Shown here: piece by piece, positions 1 to 10,141 of the stretch
Layout of the letters: the number at the start of each line of letters is the position of its first letter
Position numbering within the stretch: position 1 is the first letter of the stretch
NCBI GenBank assembly: GCA_963526615.1
Contig: CAUROF010000002.1
Location: forward strand, 19,462-83,461
DNA: 64,000 nucleotides
Direction of reading: 5' to 3'
Origin: an uncultured Fusobacterium sp.
GTDB lineage: Bacteria > Fusobacteriota > Fusobacteriia > Fusobacteriales > Fusobacteriaceae
Notes under the pieces: generated by a model
Databases searched by the model: none
Seen by the model: the letters and a program-made list of their open reading frames with translations, nothing else
What the model was told of the DNA's origin: nothing
Position numbers and translations under genes: made by a program

Positions 1-1
1 A

Positions 2-736
2 GCTATTATTGGAATTATATTAGGGAAATTTGGTGTTGAAGGTATGCCTAAATTTTCTAATGAAATTATAAAAGTAAATACTTCATTAAATCATTTTGGA
101 GATTTTTTCTATGGTCTAAAAAGTCTAATAACTAAGCCTAAATCAATATTTTTAATATTTACTTTTTTCTTTGTTGATTTCTTTGATACAGCAGGAACAT
201 TGGTTGCTATAACAAATAAAATTACATCAAAGACTGGAAAAAATTATCAGATGAAAAAAATGTTATTCTCAGATGCAGTAGGAACAGTTGTAGGGGCAGT
301 ATTAGGAACTTCAACAGTAACTACATTGACAGAGTCTACAAGTGGAGTTGCTGCAGGAGGAAGAACAGGATTTACAGCAATAACAACAGGGATTTGGTTT
401 TTAATAGCTTCAATATTTACACCTCTTGTAGCAATAGCATCTCCAATAGAAGTGGGAGGAATGTTTTTTGAACCTGTTATAGCACCTTCTCTTATCTGTG
501 TTGGAATACTTATGGCAACTCAACTTTCTAGCATAGATTGGCATGATTTTACAGCAGCTTCTGCTGGTTTTGTAACTATAATGATAATGATAGTTGGATA
601 TTCTATTCCTGATGGTATAGCAGCAGGGTTTATTGTTTATGTATTTTCAAAATTATTTACAAAGAATGTAAAAGATATAACTCCTAGTGTATGGGCAATG
701 TTCGTCTTATTTGTTTTACACTTTGCATTGAAATAA
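2..736 (+). CDS. NCS2/AzgA-type purine (adenine/guanine/hypoxanthine) permease, 3' portion; 5' end lies outside the window
   Basis: The frame is open from base 2 (AIIGIILGKFGVEG precedes the tracked Met at 44). Multi-TM protein with FFVDFFDTAGTLVA and ESTSGVAAGGRTGFTA motifs typical of AzgA/PbuG-like permeases. Confidence 0.75.
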   Translation, partial: AIIGIILGKFGVEGMPKFSNEIIKVNTSLNHFGDFFYGLKSLITKPKSIFLIFTFFFVDFFDTAGTLVAITNKITSKTGKNYQMKKMLFSDAVGTVVGAVLGTSTVTTLTESTSGVAAGGRTGFTAITTGIWFLIASIFTPLVAIASPIEVGGMFFEPVIAPSLICVGILMATQLSSIDWHDFTAASAGFVTIMIMIVGYSIPDGIAAGFIVYVFSKLFTKNVKDITPSVWAMFVLFVLHFALK

Positions 737-787
737 AAAAGTAAATATGCTAGAATAGCAAACGAAAAATATATTAGGAGAATAAAG

Positions 788-1687
788 ATGAAAAACGAAA
801 TATTATTTTATAGTACAGTGATGAAAAATGGAACTTCTAAGGGAGAACTTAATACATTTAAGAAAAAAATAAAATATATTTTAAGAAATTTAATTTATTA
901 TAAATATTCAAAAAAATTAGCTAAATTTATTATGAATGACGAATATCTAAAAGATAAAGTATACAATTATCCAGTTCTTTGTTCTAAAATACATAGACCA
1001 TATATAAGTAATACTTTTAAAATGAAAGAAAAAATAGAAGTAATAATTTCTTCTTATAATTTTTTAAATACATACTTCAATAAAAACTTTTTATTTGGAT
1101 TATATGAAGAGGGGATATGTAAAATTTGTGAAATTGAAGGAAAAAATTCAGAAAAGTTAATTTTTTATTTAAAGATATATACAGATTTTGAAAAAGAAGG
1201 AGAATTTAATATTATATGTACAAATCAAGAAAAAGAACAACTTTCAAAATTAACTTTTGCTGTTAATAATGGAACAATAATTATTGGTGGTTTACAAGGT
1301 ATGCAAAAAAATAAAAGTACAGAAGAAATAAAAAAGACTACTAAAAATTTCTATGGTATTTTTCCTAAAAGATTAATTATAGAAGTATTATATTTACTTT
1401 TTCCTAATTATGATAAGATAGCTGTTGGAAATAAGGGGCATATTTATTTATCTTTAAGATATAAATTCAAAAAGAGTAGAAAAATAAATGCAGATTATGA
1501 TGAATTCTGGGAAAGTTTAAGCTCACAAAAAGAAAATGATATTTTTTGGAGGTTACCTAAAAAAATAGCTAGAAAAAATATGGAAGATATACCTAGTAAA
1601 AAAAGGTCACAATATACAAATAAATATAAAATATTAGATGAATTAAATGAAAGAGTTAAAAAATTTCTATTAACAAATACTATCTAA
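788..1687 (+). CDS. VirK/YbjX (DUF535)-like protein
   Basis: 299 aa basic soluble protein at the head of an LPS gene cluster. Its general resemblance (size, HRPY segment, context) to DUF535 proteins is recalled from memory only. Confidence 0.4.
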   Translation: MKNEILFYSTVMKNGTSKGELNTFKKKIKYILRNLIYYKYSKKLAKFIMNDEYLKDKVYNYPVLCSKIHRPYISNTFKMKEKIEVIISSYNFLNTYFNKNFLFGLYEEGICKICEIEGKNSEKLIFYLKIYTDFEKEGEFNIICTNQEKEQLSKLTFAVNNGTIIIGGLQGMQKNKSTEEIKKTTKNFYGIFPKRLIIEVLYLLFPNYDKIAVGNKGHIYLSLRYKFKKSRKINADYDEFWESLSSQKENDIFWRLPKKIARKNMEDIPSKKRSQYTNKYKILDELNERVKKFLLTNTI

Positions 1688-1709
1688 TTTTTACATATAT
1701 TTTACATAT

Positions 1710-1743
1710 AACTGATTATAAAAAATTGTAATCAGTTTTTTAT
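1710..1743 (+). terminator. Rho-independent terminator
   Basis: AACTGATTA / TAATCAGTT 9-bp stem followed by a T-run, directly after the stop at 1687. Confidence 0.6.
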
Positions 1744-1819
1744 TTAAATTAAATAATGCAAATGAGAGGATAATTTGATATAATATTTATAAATTTAGAT
1801 TAGGGAGGAAGTATAAACT

Positions 1820-2953
1820 ATGAAAAATTTAATAAAAAAAATTAATAGAATTTTTCAAGATTATATGAGAGAAAAAAGATTAAAAATAGGGAAATATATT
1901 TGGGATAGAAAAGAAAAATCTAAAATAATAGAGGGAGATAATTTTTTAAAAGACAATAATATTAAATCTATACTTTTTTTAAGATATGATGGAAAAATTG
2001 GGGATATGATAGTAAATTCACTAATGTTTCGTGAAATTAAAAAAGTATATCCAGATACAAAAATTGGAGTTATTACAAGAGGAGCAGCAATAGATATAAT
2101 AAAAAATAATCCCAATGTTGATGAAATTTATGAATACCATAAGGATAGAAAAAAAATAAAAAATTTAGCTTTAAAAATAAAAGAAGAAAAATATGATTTA
2201 TTAATAGATTTTTCTGAAATGTTAAGAGTCAATCAAATGATGTTAATAAATTTATGTGGGGCTAGAATAAATATAGGACTTGATAGAAAAGATTGGAAAT
2301 TATTTGATTTATCTATTGAAAGTGGTAAAGATTTTAAATGGACAGAGCATATAACAAAAAGATATTTAGCTTATTTAATAAAGTTAGGATTAAAAAAAGA
2401 AAATATAGATATTTCTTATGATATTTATTTAAAAAATGAAAAGAAATATGAAATTTTTTTTAATAAAATAAAAGAAAATAAAAAATTAATTTTAAACCCT
2501 TATGGTGCAAGTAAACATAAAAGTTTTAGCATAGAAACTTTGGAGAATATTATAAATTATCTGAAAGATAAAGATATAGCTATTATCTTAGTATATTTTG
2601 GAGATAAATATAAAGAATTAGAACTTTTAGAAAAAAAATATAAGTATGTCTATATACCGGAAAAAATAGAAAGTATCTTAGATACTGCTATTTTAATAAA
2701 AAAAAGTAATTATGTTATAAGTCCAGATACTTCGATAGTTCATATAGCAAGTGTTTTTAATAAAAAAATGATAACAGTTTATCCACCAAAAGGTGGGAAA
2801 TATGGTGTTGACCATTTAGTGTGGGCACCAAAATCTGAATATAGTAAAGTTATTTTTTGTAAAGATAAAACTGGAAATTATGATGAGATTGATATAAACA
2901 CTTTTAATTTTGATGAAATGAAAAAAGAAATTTTAAAAATCTTGGAATTATAA
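1820..2953 (+). CDS. Glycosyltransferase family 9 (LPS heptosyltransferase-like)
   Basis: N-terminal ILFLRYDGKIGDMIVNSLMFREIKKVYPDTKIGVIT and C-terminal SPDTSIVHIASVF are typical GT9 (RfaC/RfaF/RfaQ) signatures. RBS GGGAGGAAG lies upstream. Confidence 0.8.
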   Translation: MKNLIKKINRIFQDYMREKRLKIGKYIWDRKEKSKIIEGDNFLKDNNIKSILFLRYDGKIGDMIVNSLMFREIKKVYPDTKIGVITRGAAIDIIKNNPNVDEIYEYHKDRKKIKNLALKIKEEKYDLLIDFSEMLRVNQMMLINLCGARINIGLDRKDWKLFDLSIESGKDFKWTEHITKRYLAYLIKLGLKKENIDISYDIYLKNEKKYEIFFNKIKENKKLILNPYGASKHKSFSIETLENIINYLKDKDIAIILVYFGDKYKELELLEKKYKYVYIPEKIESILDTAILIKKSNYVISPDTSIVHIASVFNKKMITVYPPKGGKYGVDHLVWAPKSEYSKVIFCKDKTGNYDEIDINTFNFDEMKKEILKILEL

Positions 2954-2963
2954 AGGAGTCAGT

Positions 2964-4124
2964 GTGAAAAAAAAGCTATTATTTTATAATGGAAGTCTTA
3001 GAATGGGAGGAATAGAAAGAGTTTTAGTAGAAGTTTTACAAAATATTGATAAGAGTAAAATAAATATTGATTTAGTGATAGAAGACGGAACTAAAACTTT
3101 AAATGTCTTTGAAAAAGATATACCAAAAGAAATAGAAATTTTTTACTTAAAGTCAGAAAATTTGATAAAAATAACGGATTCTTTTAGAAAAAAGAAAAAA
3201 AATATATTCTATAAAGTAGCTTATAATTTATTAATGAACTATGAAAGTTATATCAAAAAAAATAATTTAAAAAAATTAATGAAGAATAAAAAATATGATG
3301 TAGTAATAGACTTTGATATGGGACTTTCAAAATACATAAAAATGATAAATGTTAATAAAAAGATAGCTTGGGTTCATGCTTCTATAAAGAATTGGTATGA
3401 AAGAGAGAGTAGAATAGTAAGGTTAGGAAAAAGATTACAACAATATGATAATATAGTTACAATATGTGATGAAATGAAAGAAGAAACAGCTAATTTATTT
3501 CCTTTTTTGAGAGATAAATTATTAAGAATTTATAATCCATTTAATTTTGATAGAATTTTAAATTTATCAGAGGAAAAAGTAGAGAATAAATATTATGATG
3601 AAGACTTTATTATTGCTATTTCTAGATTAACAACTCATCAAAAAGATTTTCTAACATTAATTAAAGGTTTTAAGAGAGCAAAAGAATTATCAAGTATACC
3701 TGAAAAATTGTTAATTCTTGGAGATGGACCTGATAGAGAAAAAATTGAGAAGATGATTAGAGATGAAAATATGGAAAAAGATATAATTTTATTAGGAAGT
3801 ATAAAAAATCCTTATTCTTGGTTAAAAAAAGCAAAATTATTTGTTCATAGCTCAAAGTATGAGGGTTTACCAACTGTATTAATTGAAGCTTTGGTTTTAA
3901 ATAAAAAAGTGATATCAAGTGCTTGTCCTACTGGACCAAAAGAAATTTTAGAAAATGGAAAAATTGGAGATTTATATGAAATTGGAGATTATGAGAAACT
4001 TGCTTATTATATTGTAGAATCTTTAAAAAATAACAATATAGATAAAGAACTAATAAAAAAAGAAATTCAAAAATTTAGTAAAGAAGAAGTAATTAAAGAG
4101 TATGAAAGATTAATCTTAAATTAA
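2964..4124 (+). CDS. GT-B glycosyltransferase (GT4 / group 1 family)
   Basis: GTG start 5 nt after AAGGAG. C-terminal SSKYEGLPTVLIEALVLNKKVISS...GPKEILENGKIGDL matches the EX7E-type GT4 motif. Confidence 0.8.
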   Translation: MKKKLLFYNGSLRMGGIERVLVEVLQNIDKSKINIDLVIEDGTKTLNVFEKDIPKEIEIFYLKSENLIKITDSFRKKKKNIFYKVAYNLLMNYESYIKKNNLKKLMKNKKYDVVIDFDMGLSKYIKMINVNKKIAWVHASIKNWYERESRIVRLGKRLQQYDNIVTICDEMKEETANLFPFLRDKLLRIYNPFNFDRILNLSEEKVENKYYDEDFIIAISRLTTHQKDFLTLIKGFKRAKELSSIPEKLLILGDGPDREKIEKMIRDENMEKDIILLGSIKNPYSWLKKAKLFVHSSKYEGLPTVLIEALVLNKKVISSACPTGPKEILENGKIGDLYEIGDYEKLAYYIVESLKNNNIDKELIKKEIQKFSKEEVIKEYERLILN

Positions 4125-4130
4125 GAAGTA

Positions 4131-4201
4131 AAATATGGAAATCTAAACTACTTTAAAAATCTTAAATCTAAGATTAGAGGTATAGTTTAATTTCCATATT
4201 T
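4131..4201. terminator. Long hairpin shared by convergent genes (bidirectional terminator candidate)
   Basis: AAATATGGAAAT(C)TAAACTA pairs with TAGTTTAATTTCCATATTT. An inner ATCTTA/TAAGAT hairpin is present. The element lies between the stops at 4124 (+) and 4221 (-). Confidence 0.5.
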
Positions 4202-4220
4202 TTATTTATTAAAAGTTGAA

Positions 4221-5267
4221 TTATAAAAGTTTTTCTACATCATCAAGGGAGATATTATTTAATTCTGAGTTCCCAAAATACTCATCTCTATCTGAAATAC
4301 CAGGTTTTCCATAAAAAATAGTAACATTTTCCCAATTGTTATGGGAAAATTCATTAATCTTTGTAAAAATCCCATAAGTTTTAATTTTTAAAGAGGCAGC
4401 TACATGAAATAAACCTGAATCAAATCCAAGATAATATTCACAATTTGAAATAATATCAATGCTCTCATCAAGGGAAACTTTATTTACTAAATTCTGAATG
4501 TTGAAATCTTTAAAATCAATATATTTTTTTAATTCACCTAAGTATTGTATATCTCTATCACCAGCACCCAGAAGAAATATTTTTTTTATATTTTTTTTAT
4601 TTATAAATATTTTAAGAATTTCAACAAATAAATTAGGTTTTAACATTTTATATCTTGCACCAGCTCCAATTCCAACAACTAAAACTCCCTTTTCTACAAC
4701 TCCTTTAGAATAATATTTTTTTAAATTAGGAATAGTACCTATCTCAGTAATATCTTTATTAAATAAAATTTTAAAAAAACTTATTACTGTTTCATCAGTT
4801 GTTTTAAAATTAGCAGGAACAAGATTTTTATAATATTTATTCATTTCAGGATGATATTTATTATAAAAAGAGTATGAATCTATTTTTTTAAAATATTGTA
4901 TATCAAAATCATGTTGGTCATATTCCAATGAGATAATTTTATTAAATCCAATTTTAAATAAAAGATTTAATAGTTTTATCTTTCCAAATAAATTTCGTCT
5001 CATACTTTTAGTAAATACAATAATATTTTTAAAACCTATTCTTTTTAATAAAGGAACTATTTTTATATCACAAAGAATATAACACTTTTCTACTTTAAAT
5101 TGTTTCAAAATTTCTTCAAGTAAATTCAATCTTACTATGTTATCTCCAATGCCATCTGTGGAAGTAATAAAAATATTATCATTAATTTTAGGCTCTTTCA
5201 AAAAAAACTTTATATAAAAATTTAAAAATTTTTGTTTCCATCTATTTTTTAACATAAAATCCTCCAA
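4221..5267 (-). CDS. Glycosyltransferase family 9-like (heptosyltransferase family)
   Basis: IFITSTDGIGDNIVRLNLLEEI near the N-terminus and YLGFDSGLFHVAASL near the C-terminus resemble GT9 motifs. It is on the opposite strand within the LPS cluster. Confidence 0.65.
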   Translation of the reverse strand: MEDFMLKNRWKQKFLNFYIKFFLKEPKINDNIFITSTDGIGDNIVRLNLLEEILKQFKVEKCYILCDIKIVPLLKRIGFKNIIVFTKSMRRNLFGKIKLLNLLFKIGFNKIISLEYDQHDFDIQYFKKIDSYSFYNKYHPEMNKYYKNLVPANFKTTDETVISFFKILFNKDITEIGTIPNLKKYYSKGVVEKGVLVVGIGAGARYKMLKPNLFVEILKIFINKKNIKKIFLLGAGDRDIQYLGELKKYIDFKDFNIQNLVNKVSLDESIDIISNCEYYLGFDSGLFHVAASLKIKTYGIFTKINEFSHNNWENVTIFYGKPGISDRDEYFGNSELNNISLDDVEKLL

Positions 5268-5394
5268 GGTTTAAGATAACAATTATTATATAATAAAGTT
5301 TAAATAAATAAAAGTATAATATAAAAAATAAGATTTTATATGTTATAATATTTAAAGACTATGAAATAAAATTTTCAATATAAAGAAGGAAGCT

Positions 5395-6114
5395 ATGTTA
5401 AAAGAGCAAAATTATAAAGATTTCAAAATTTTTTACTATGATGATAAGTATTTAGAAATTGGAAAAAAAATAATAGAAAAAAATTTTAAAATAGTAAAAA
5501 TTTTAAAAGATAGTAAAAGAAATTATGTTTCAGAGATAGAAATTGATGAAACTAATTTTATTATGAAAGAACCAAGGAATGAATACATAATACCTCAAAG
5601 AAAAATAATGACTATTTTTAAGAAAGGTGAGGTCCTTAGTACACTTATAAATATTAATAAATTAATTGATGAGTATGGATTTAAAGAGTATGCAAGACCA
5701 TTTTTAGCCATAGTGAGAAGAAAAAATAAGATGATAAATTATTCTCTTTTATTAATGGAAAAAATAGAAGGGAAGAAAGAAGAAAAAAACTTAGATATGC
5801 TTATAGAATTAATTAAAAAAATTCATAAAAAAGGTTTTTATCATGGAGACTTTAATCCTAGTAATTTTTTAAATTCTAATGGAAAAATTTATATTTTAGA
5901 TACACAGGGTAAAAAAATGGCTTTTGGAAATTATAGAGCTCATTATGATATGTTGACTATGGAAATGGATAATTATCCTAATATGAAATATCCGTATCCT
6001 AAAAATATATTTTATTATTTTGCATTATTTATAAAAAAACTAAAAAAACTTCCTATGATAGAAAAAATAAAAACTTATAAAAAAAAATTAAGAGAAAAAG
6101 GATGGAAAATTTAA
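5395..6114 (+). CDS. Lipopolysaccharide kinase (Kdo/WaaP family, RIO-like fold)
   Basis: 239 aa, with catalytic-loop-like FYHGDFNPSNFL and YILDTQG. Size and context resemble Kdo kinase (KdkA)/WaaP-type LPS kinases. Confidence 0.6.
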   Translation: MLKEQNYKDFKIFYYDDKYLEIGKKIIEKNFKIVKILKDSKRNYVSEIEIDETNFIMKEPRNEYIIPQRKIMTIFKKGEVLSTLININKLIDEYGFKEYARPFLAIVRRKNKMINYSLLLMEKIEGKKEEKNLDMLIELIKKIHKKGFYHGDFNPSNFLNSNGKIYILDTQGKKMAFGNYRAHYDMLTMEMDNYPNMKYPYPKNIFYYFALFIKKLKKLPMIEKIKTYKKKLREKGWKI

Positions 6115-6115
6115 T

Positions 6116-7321
6116 ATGAATATTGATAATAAAAAAAATAATTTTTTAAATACTCTTATCATTCTTTCAATGTTGGCATATTTGTTTTTTTTATCTCGTA
6201 GAGGAGGAGATACAAAAGATGTTCTTTCAATTTTTATAATGTTTTTAATCTTTATTTATTCTTTTAAAAATGGTATAAAAAGGTATTTAATACATAAAAG
6301 AGATATAATAATAGGAGTTTTATATCTTGTTCTAGTTACGATTTCTTATGTAATTGTTGATGAAAAAGGAGACGATAAATTTTATACTTTTTTACATACA
6401 ACAATATATAGTATAGGTTTTATGCTGGTTTTATTAAATTATAAGTTAGAAGATAGATATACAAAGTATATACTACCATTAATGTTGCTTATTTCAATTG
6501 CACCAATTTATAAAGGAATCATAGATCTTTATAAAAATTTTGATAATATTGCTTCTTATAGAATAGCAGGGGACACCTATACTACGAGATATGCAGCTGA
6601 ACTTGGGATATACTTGTTATTAGGAATTCTTTCTTTTCTTTACTATAAAAAAATATATATAAAAATTTTGCTAACTTGTTATATGATAATTGTTTTAACA
6701 TTAATCTTTTTTACTCAATCAAGAAATGATTTTTTAGTAATTCCAATAATATTAATTATTATTTTTACTATCTTAGATTGGAAAAAAGGGTTAATTGCTA
6801 TAATTATAACCTTAGGGCTTGCTTTTTCTTTATTTAAGTACTCAAATAAAATTGCAGCAGTAAATAGAATAGAAAGTACAGTAGTAAGCAAAGAAAAAAT
6901 AAAAAAAGATGCTAGATATACAATATTTTTGGATGGAATTAAAGAAGCTAAAAATTATCCAATTATTGGGAAGGGATTTTTTTTCTATAAAGGTCAAAAA
7001 TTACATTCAGCTGATGAAAATATAGATCACTATCATAATAACTTCATAGAAACAGCTGTAACTCAGGGGCTTTTAACCTTAGGTATATATATTGTTTTCT
7101 TAATAAATCTTTTAATAAGTCTATTAAAAAGTTATTTTAGTGAGAAGGATATACTAAAAAAATATATAAAATTGTTGGCTATTTCAGTTCTTTTATTTAT
7201 AAATTTTTATGGTTTCTTTGAAGTAAGTTTTTACTTTGAAAAAATATATCAATTAGTTTTTACTATTATAGCTATAAGTTTTATTATAGATAATAATAAT
7301 GATTTTAAAAATATTAAATAA
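6116..7321 (+). CDS. O-antigen ligase (WaaL/Wzy_C) family membrane protein
   Basis: About 10 predicted TM segments, a periplasmic loop, then HYHNNFIETAVTQGLLTLGIYIVFL, the H..N...G..G pattern of Wzy_C/O-antigen ligases. Confidence 0.7.
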   Translation: MNIDNKKNNFLNTLIILSMLAYLFFLSRRGGDTKDVLSIFIMFLIFIYSFKNGIKRYLIHKRDIIIGVLYLVLVTISYVIVDEKGDDKFYTFLHTTIYSIGFMLVLLNYKLEDRYTKYILPLMLLISIAPIYKGIIDLYKNFDNIASYRIAGDTYTTRYAAELGIYLLLGILSFLYYKKIYIKILLTCYMIIVLTLIFFTQSRNDFLVIPIILIIIFTILDWKKGLIAIIITLGLAFSLFKYSNKIAAVNRIESTVVSKEKIKKDARYTIFLDGIKEAKNYPIIGKGFFFYKGQKLHSADENIDHYHNNFIETAVTQGLLTLGIYIVFLINLLISLLKSYFSEKDILKKYIKLLAISVLLFINFYGFFEVSFYFEKIYQLVFTIIAISFIIDNNNDFKNIK

Positions 7322-7352
7322 AATAAATAATTCAGATTAAATGGAGGGGCAG

Positions 7353-8138
7353 ATGTATAATAACAGTGAACTAAGAAAAATTCAACAAAAGAAACTTGAA
7401 ATTTTAATAGATATAGCAAAATTTTGTAATGAAAATAAAATAAGATATTGGTTAGATTCAGGAACACTTTTAGGTGCAGTAAGACATGGTGGATTTATAC
7501 CTTGGGATGATGATATAGATATTATAATTATGCAAGAGGATGCTAAATTTTTAAAAGAAAATTATAAAAGTGAAAATTTTGAAATTGTAAATACTAATGA
7601 GGAAGGAATAAATTTCTATAAAGTTATTTCAAAAAAAGAACAAGTTCAAGTGGGAAATAGTATTGCTGAATTAGATATTGACATTTTCTTAGTCACTTAT
7701 TATCCAGATTCTTTAAAATTAAAATTTTGGAATTCTTTTTTTCATTTAAAGAAAAATAGAATAGATAGATTTTCTCTTACATTATTTTTTACTAATATAT
7801 TAATTAATTTAAAGAGAAAATTAGAAAAGACAAAATTATTTAATTATAAGAATATTGAAAAGAAAATAGCCTATATTCTTAATGAAGCTAAAAATAAAAA
7901 TAAAACTATGCCAAATATTGCATATACTCCTGATTGTGGCTTTCATTTAATTATTTGGAGGGAAGATGAGATATTTCCCCTAAAAAAAATAAAATTTGAA
8001 GGAATTGAATTTGATGCTCCTAATAATTATGATATTTATTTAAAAAAAATGTATTATAGTTATATGGATTTACCTCCAAAAGAAAAGAGAATTCCAGACC
8101 ATTATCAAGATAAAGAATTAAAATTAATAAAAAAGTAA
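7353..8138 (+). CDS. licD: LicD-family phosphotransferase (phosphocholine / phospho-alcohol transferase)
   Basis: [27 protein letters not shown] is the LicD signature. The tracked ATG at 7341 lies inside the RBS (GGAGGGG), so ATG 7353 is the more likely start. Confidence 0.8.
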   Translation: MYNNSELRKIQQKKLEILIDIAKFCNENKIRYWLDSGTLLGAVRHGGFIPWDDDIDIIIMQEDAKFLKENYKSENFEIVNTNEEGINFYKVISKKEQVQVGNSIAELDIDIFLVTYYPDSLKLKFWNSFFHLKKNRIDRFSLTLFFTNILINLKRKLEKTKLFNYKNIEKKIAYILNEAKNKNKTMPNIAYTPDCGFHLIIWREDEIFPLKKIKFEGIEFDAPNNYDIYLKKMYYSYMDLPPKEKRIPDHYQDKELKLIKK

Positions 8139-8155
8139 AAAGGGAGAACTTTATT

Positions 8156-9238
8156 ATGGATAAAAAAATGATTAATTTTACTGTTGGTCCAGTTCAAATG
8201 AGTAAAAAAATTAGAGATATAGGCCAAAGAGAAATTCCATATTTTAGAACAGAAGAGTTTTCTAAAATTATGAAAGAAAATGAAAAAATGATATGCAGTT
8301 TAGTAGAAGCAGATGATAAATCCAAAGCTCTTTTTTTAACAGGTTCTGGAACTTCTGGAATGGAAGCAACTATTTTAAATTGCTTCTCAAAAGAAGATAA
8401 AGTTTTAATAATAAATGGTGGAAGTTTTGGTCAAAGATTTGTAGATATATGTAAGATTTTGGATATACCTTTTTATGAAATAAAATTAAACTATGGAGAA
8501 ATTTTAACAGAGCAAGAGCTTGAAAAATATTCGGATAAAGGAATTAGTGGACTCTTAGTAAATGCACATGAAACATCTACTGGAATATTATATGATATGA
8601 AAATGATTAGTAAATTTTGTAAAAAAAATAATATATTTTTTGTTGTAGATTCTATCAGTTCTTTTATTGCAGATGAGTTATCATTTTTAGACCTGGGTAT
8701 AGATGTTATGATAATAGGTTCTCAAAAAGCCTTGGCTCTCCCACCAGGATTAGCTATATTGATATTATCTGAAAAAGCAATTACAAGAATAAAAAATAAT
8801 AAGGTCAATAGTTTATATTTTGATTTAAAAATTGCTTTAAAAGATAATCAAAATGGACAAACACCATTTACACCAGCTGTCTCAATCCTATTACAATTAC
8901 ATGAAAGATTAAAAGATATATTAGAAGAAGGAATAAAAGCAGAAAGAGCAAAAATAAAAGAATTAAAATTAGATTTTATGAATAGGATAAAAAATTTACC
9001 TTTAAAGATTTTTTCAAAAAATGCTTCAAATGCAATGACAGCAATAGAAACTAAAAATGTATCAGCATACAGTATTTTTTTAATTTTAAAAGATGAATAC
9101 AATATCTGGGTTTGTCCTAATGGAGGAGAACTTAAAGAAAAAATATTTAGAGTAGGACATATTGGTCATCTATCAATTTCAGATAATGATAAATTAATTG
9201 AAGCATTAAATGATATAAATAAAAGGGGGCTATTATGA
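8156..9238 (+). CDS. Class V (AGXT / serine-pyruvate / AEP-transaminase-like) PLP aminotransferase
   Basis: FTVGPVQMS N-terminus, TGSGTSGMEA, VDSISSF and IGSQKAL (PLP-lysine context) are typical of Aminotran_5 enzymes. Confidence 0.75.
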   Translation: MDKKMINFTVGPVQMSKKIRDIGQREIPYFRTEEFSKIMKENEKMICSLVEADDKSKALFLTGSGTSGMEATILNCFSKEDKVLIINGGSFGQRFVDICKILDIPFYEIKLNYGEILTEQELEKYSDKGISGLLVNAHETSTGILYDMKMISKFCKKNNIFFVVDSISSFIADELSFLDLGIDVMIIGSQKALALPPGLAILILSEKAITRIKNNKVNSLYFDLKIALKDNQNGQTPFTPAVSILLQLHERLKDILEEGIKAERAKIKELKLDFMNRIKNLPLKIFSKNASNAMTAIETKNVSAYSIFLILKDEYNIWVCPNGGELKEKIFRVGHIGHLSISDNDKLIEALNDINKRGLL

Positions 9239-9972
9239 AAGCATTACTGTTGGCAGCTGGAAAAGGAACTAGAATAAGCAGATATTTAGGTGGAAATCCA
9301 AAATGCACTGTAAATATAGGAGATGAAATATTAATTCATTATACTGTTTCATTATTAAAAAAGAAAGGAATAAATGACATTGGAATTGTAGTTGGTTATC
9401 AAGATGATGTTATAAAAGAGGTTTTATCTGATGAAAAAACAATTAACTTTTTCTATAATCCTTTTTATGAAATTACTAATAGTTTAGCTTCTGCTTGGTT
9501 TGCTAGAGATTTTATTGATGATGATATGCTTATAATGAATGCAGATGTTTTTTTAGAAGAAGCACTATTAGATGATATTTTAAGCTACAAAATAAGCCCT
9601 GTATTATTTTCAGATGAAACAAGAAAAGAGGAAGCAGACTTTAAATTATTCTATAAAAATGGACTGCTTATTGATTATGGAAAAGAGTTAGAAGTGGAAA
9701 AAACCACAGGGGAATATATTGGAGTTGTAACTTTTAATAAGAGTTTTGTAGAAACTTTTAGAACAAATATGTGTAAGATGATAAGAGAAAAGAAATATTC
9801 TATGTGGTGGGAAAATATTTTGTATGAATTAATAGGAAAACAAGACATCAATGTTAAAAATATAGAAAATAGATTTTGGGCAGAAGTAGACTATATTGAG
9901 GATTATGAAAGAATTTTAAAATTTAGAAAGTATAATATAAATTACAATATAGCCATAGAAAAGAAAAAATAA
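9235..9972 (+). CDS. LicC-like sugar/alcohol-phosphate nucleotidyl(cytidylyl)transferase
   Basis: MKALLLAAGKGTRI (G-loop), WWENIL and EVDYIEDYERI parallel the LicC phosphocholine cytidylyltransferase layout. The start overlaps the upstream stop as ATGA. Confidence 0.7.
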   Translation: MKALLLAAGKGTRISRYLGGNPKCTVNIGDEILIHYTVSLLKKKGINDIGIVVGYQDDVIKEVLSDEKTINFFYNPFYEITNSLASAWFARDFIDDDMLIMNADVFLEEALLDDILSYKISPVLFSDETRKEEADFKLFYKNGLLIDYGKELEVEKTTGEYIGVVTFNKSFVETFRTNMCKMIREKKYSMWWENILYELIGKQDINVKNIENRFWAEVDYIEDYERILKFRKYNINYNIAIEKKK

Positions 9973-10038
9973 ATAAGATAAAAAAAATACTTTTCAAAAG
10001 TGGAAGTACTATAATGTAAAGGCTTAATATAATTTTTG

Positions 10039-10088
10039 AACTGTTGTATATCAGTGACTTTTATTATCCATATACAACAGTTTTTTAT
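10039..10088 (+). terminator. Rho-independent terminator ending the LPS operon
   Basis: Perfect 13-bp stem AACTGTTGTATAT / ATATACAACAGTT (18-nt loop) followed by TTTTTT. Confidence 0.6.
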
Positions 10089-10141
10089 AAAAAAACAAGA
10101 AGAGAAATAATTGAAACCTGTACAATCATTAATCTTCTCTC

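Noticed and set aside
2964-6140. Homopolymeric A8-A9 tracts in LOS genes as phase-variation switches.
   Set aside because: A-runs of this length are common throughout this very AT-rich window, including in housekeeping genes. They mostly encode Lys runs. Without population data there is no evidence of slippage, so this is kept only as a side remark in one finding.
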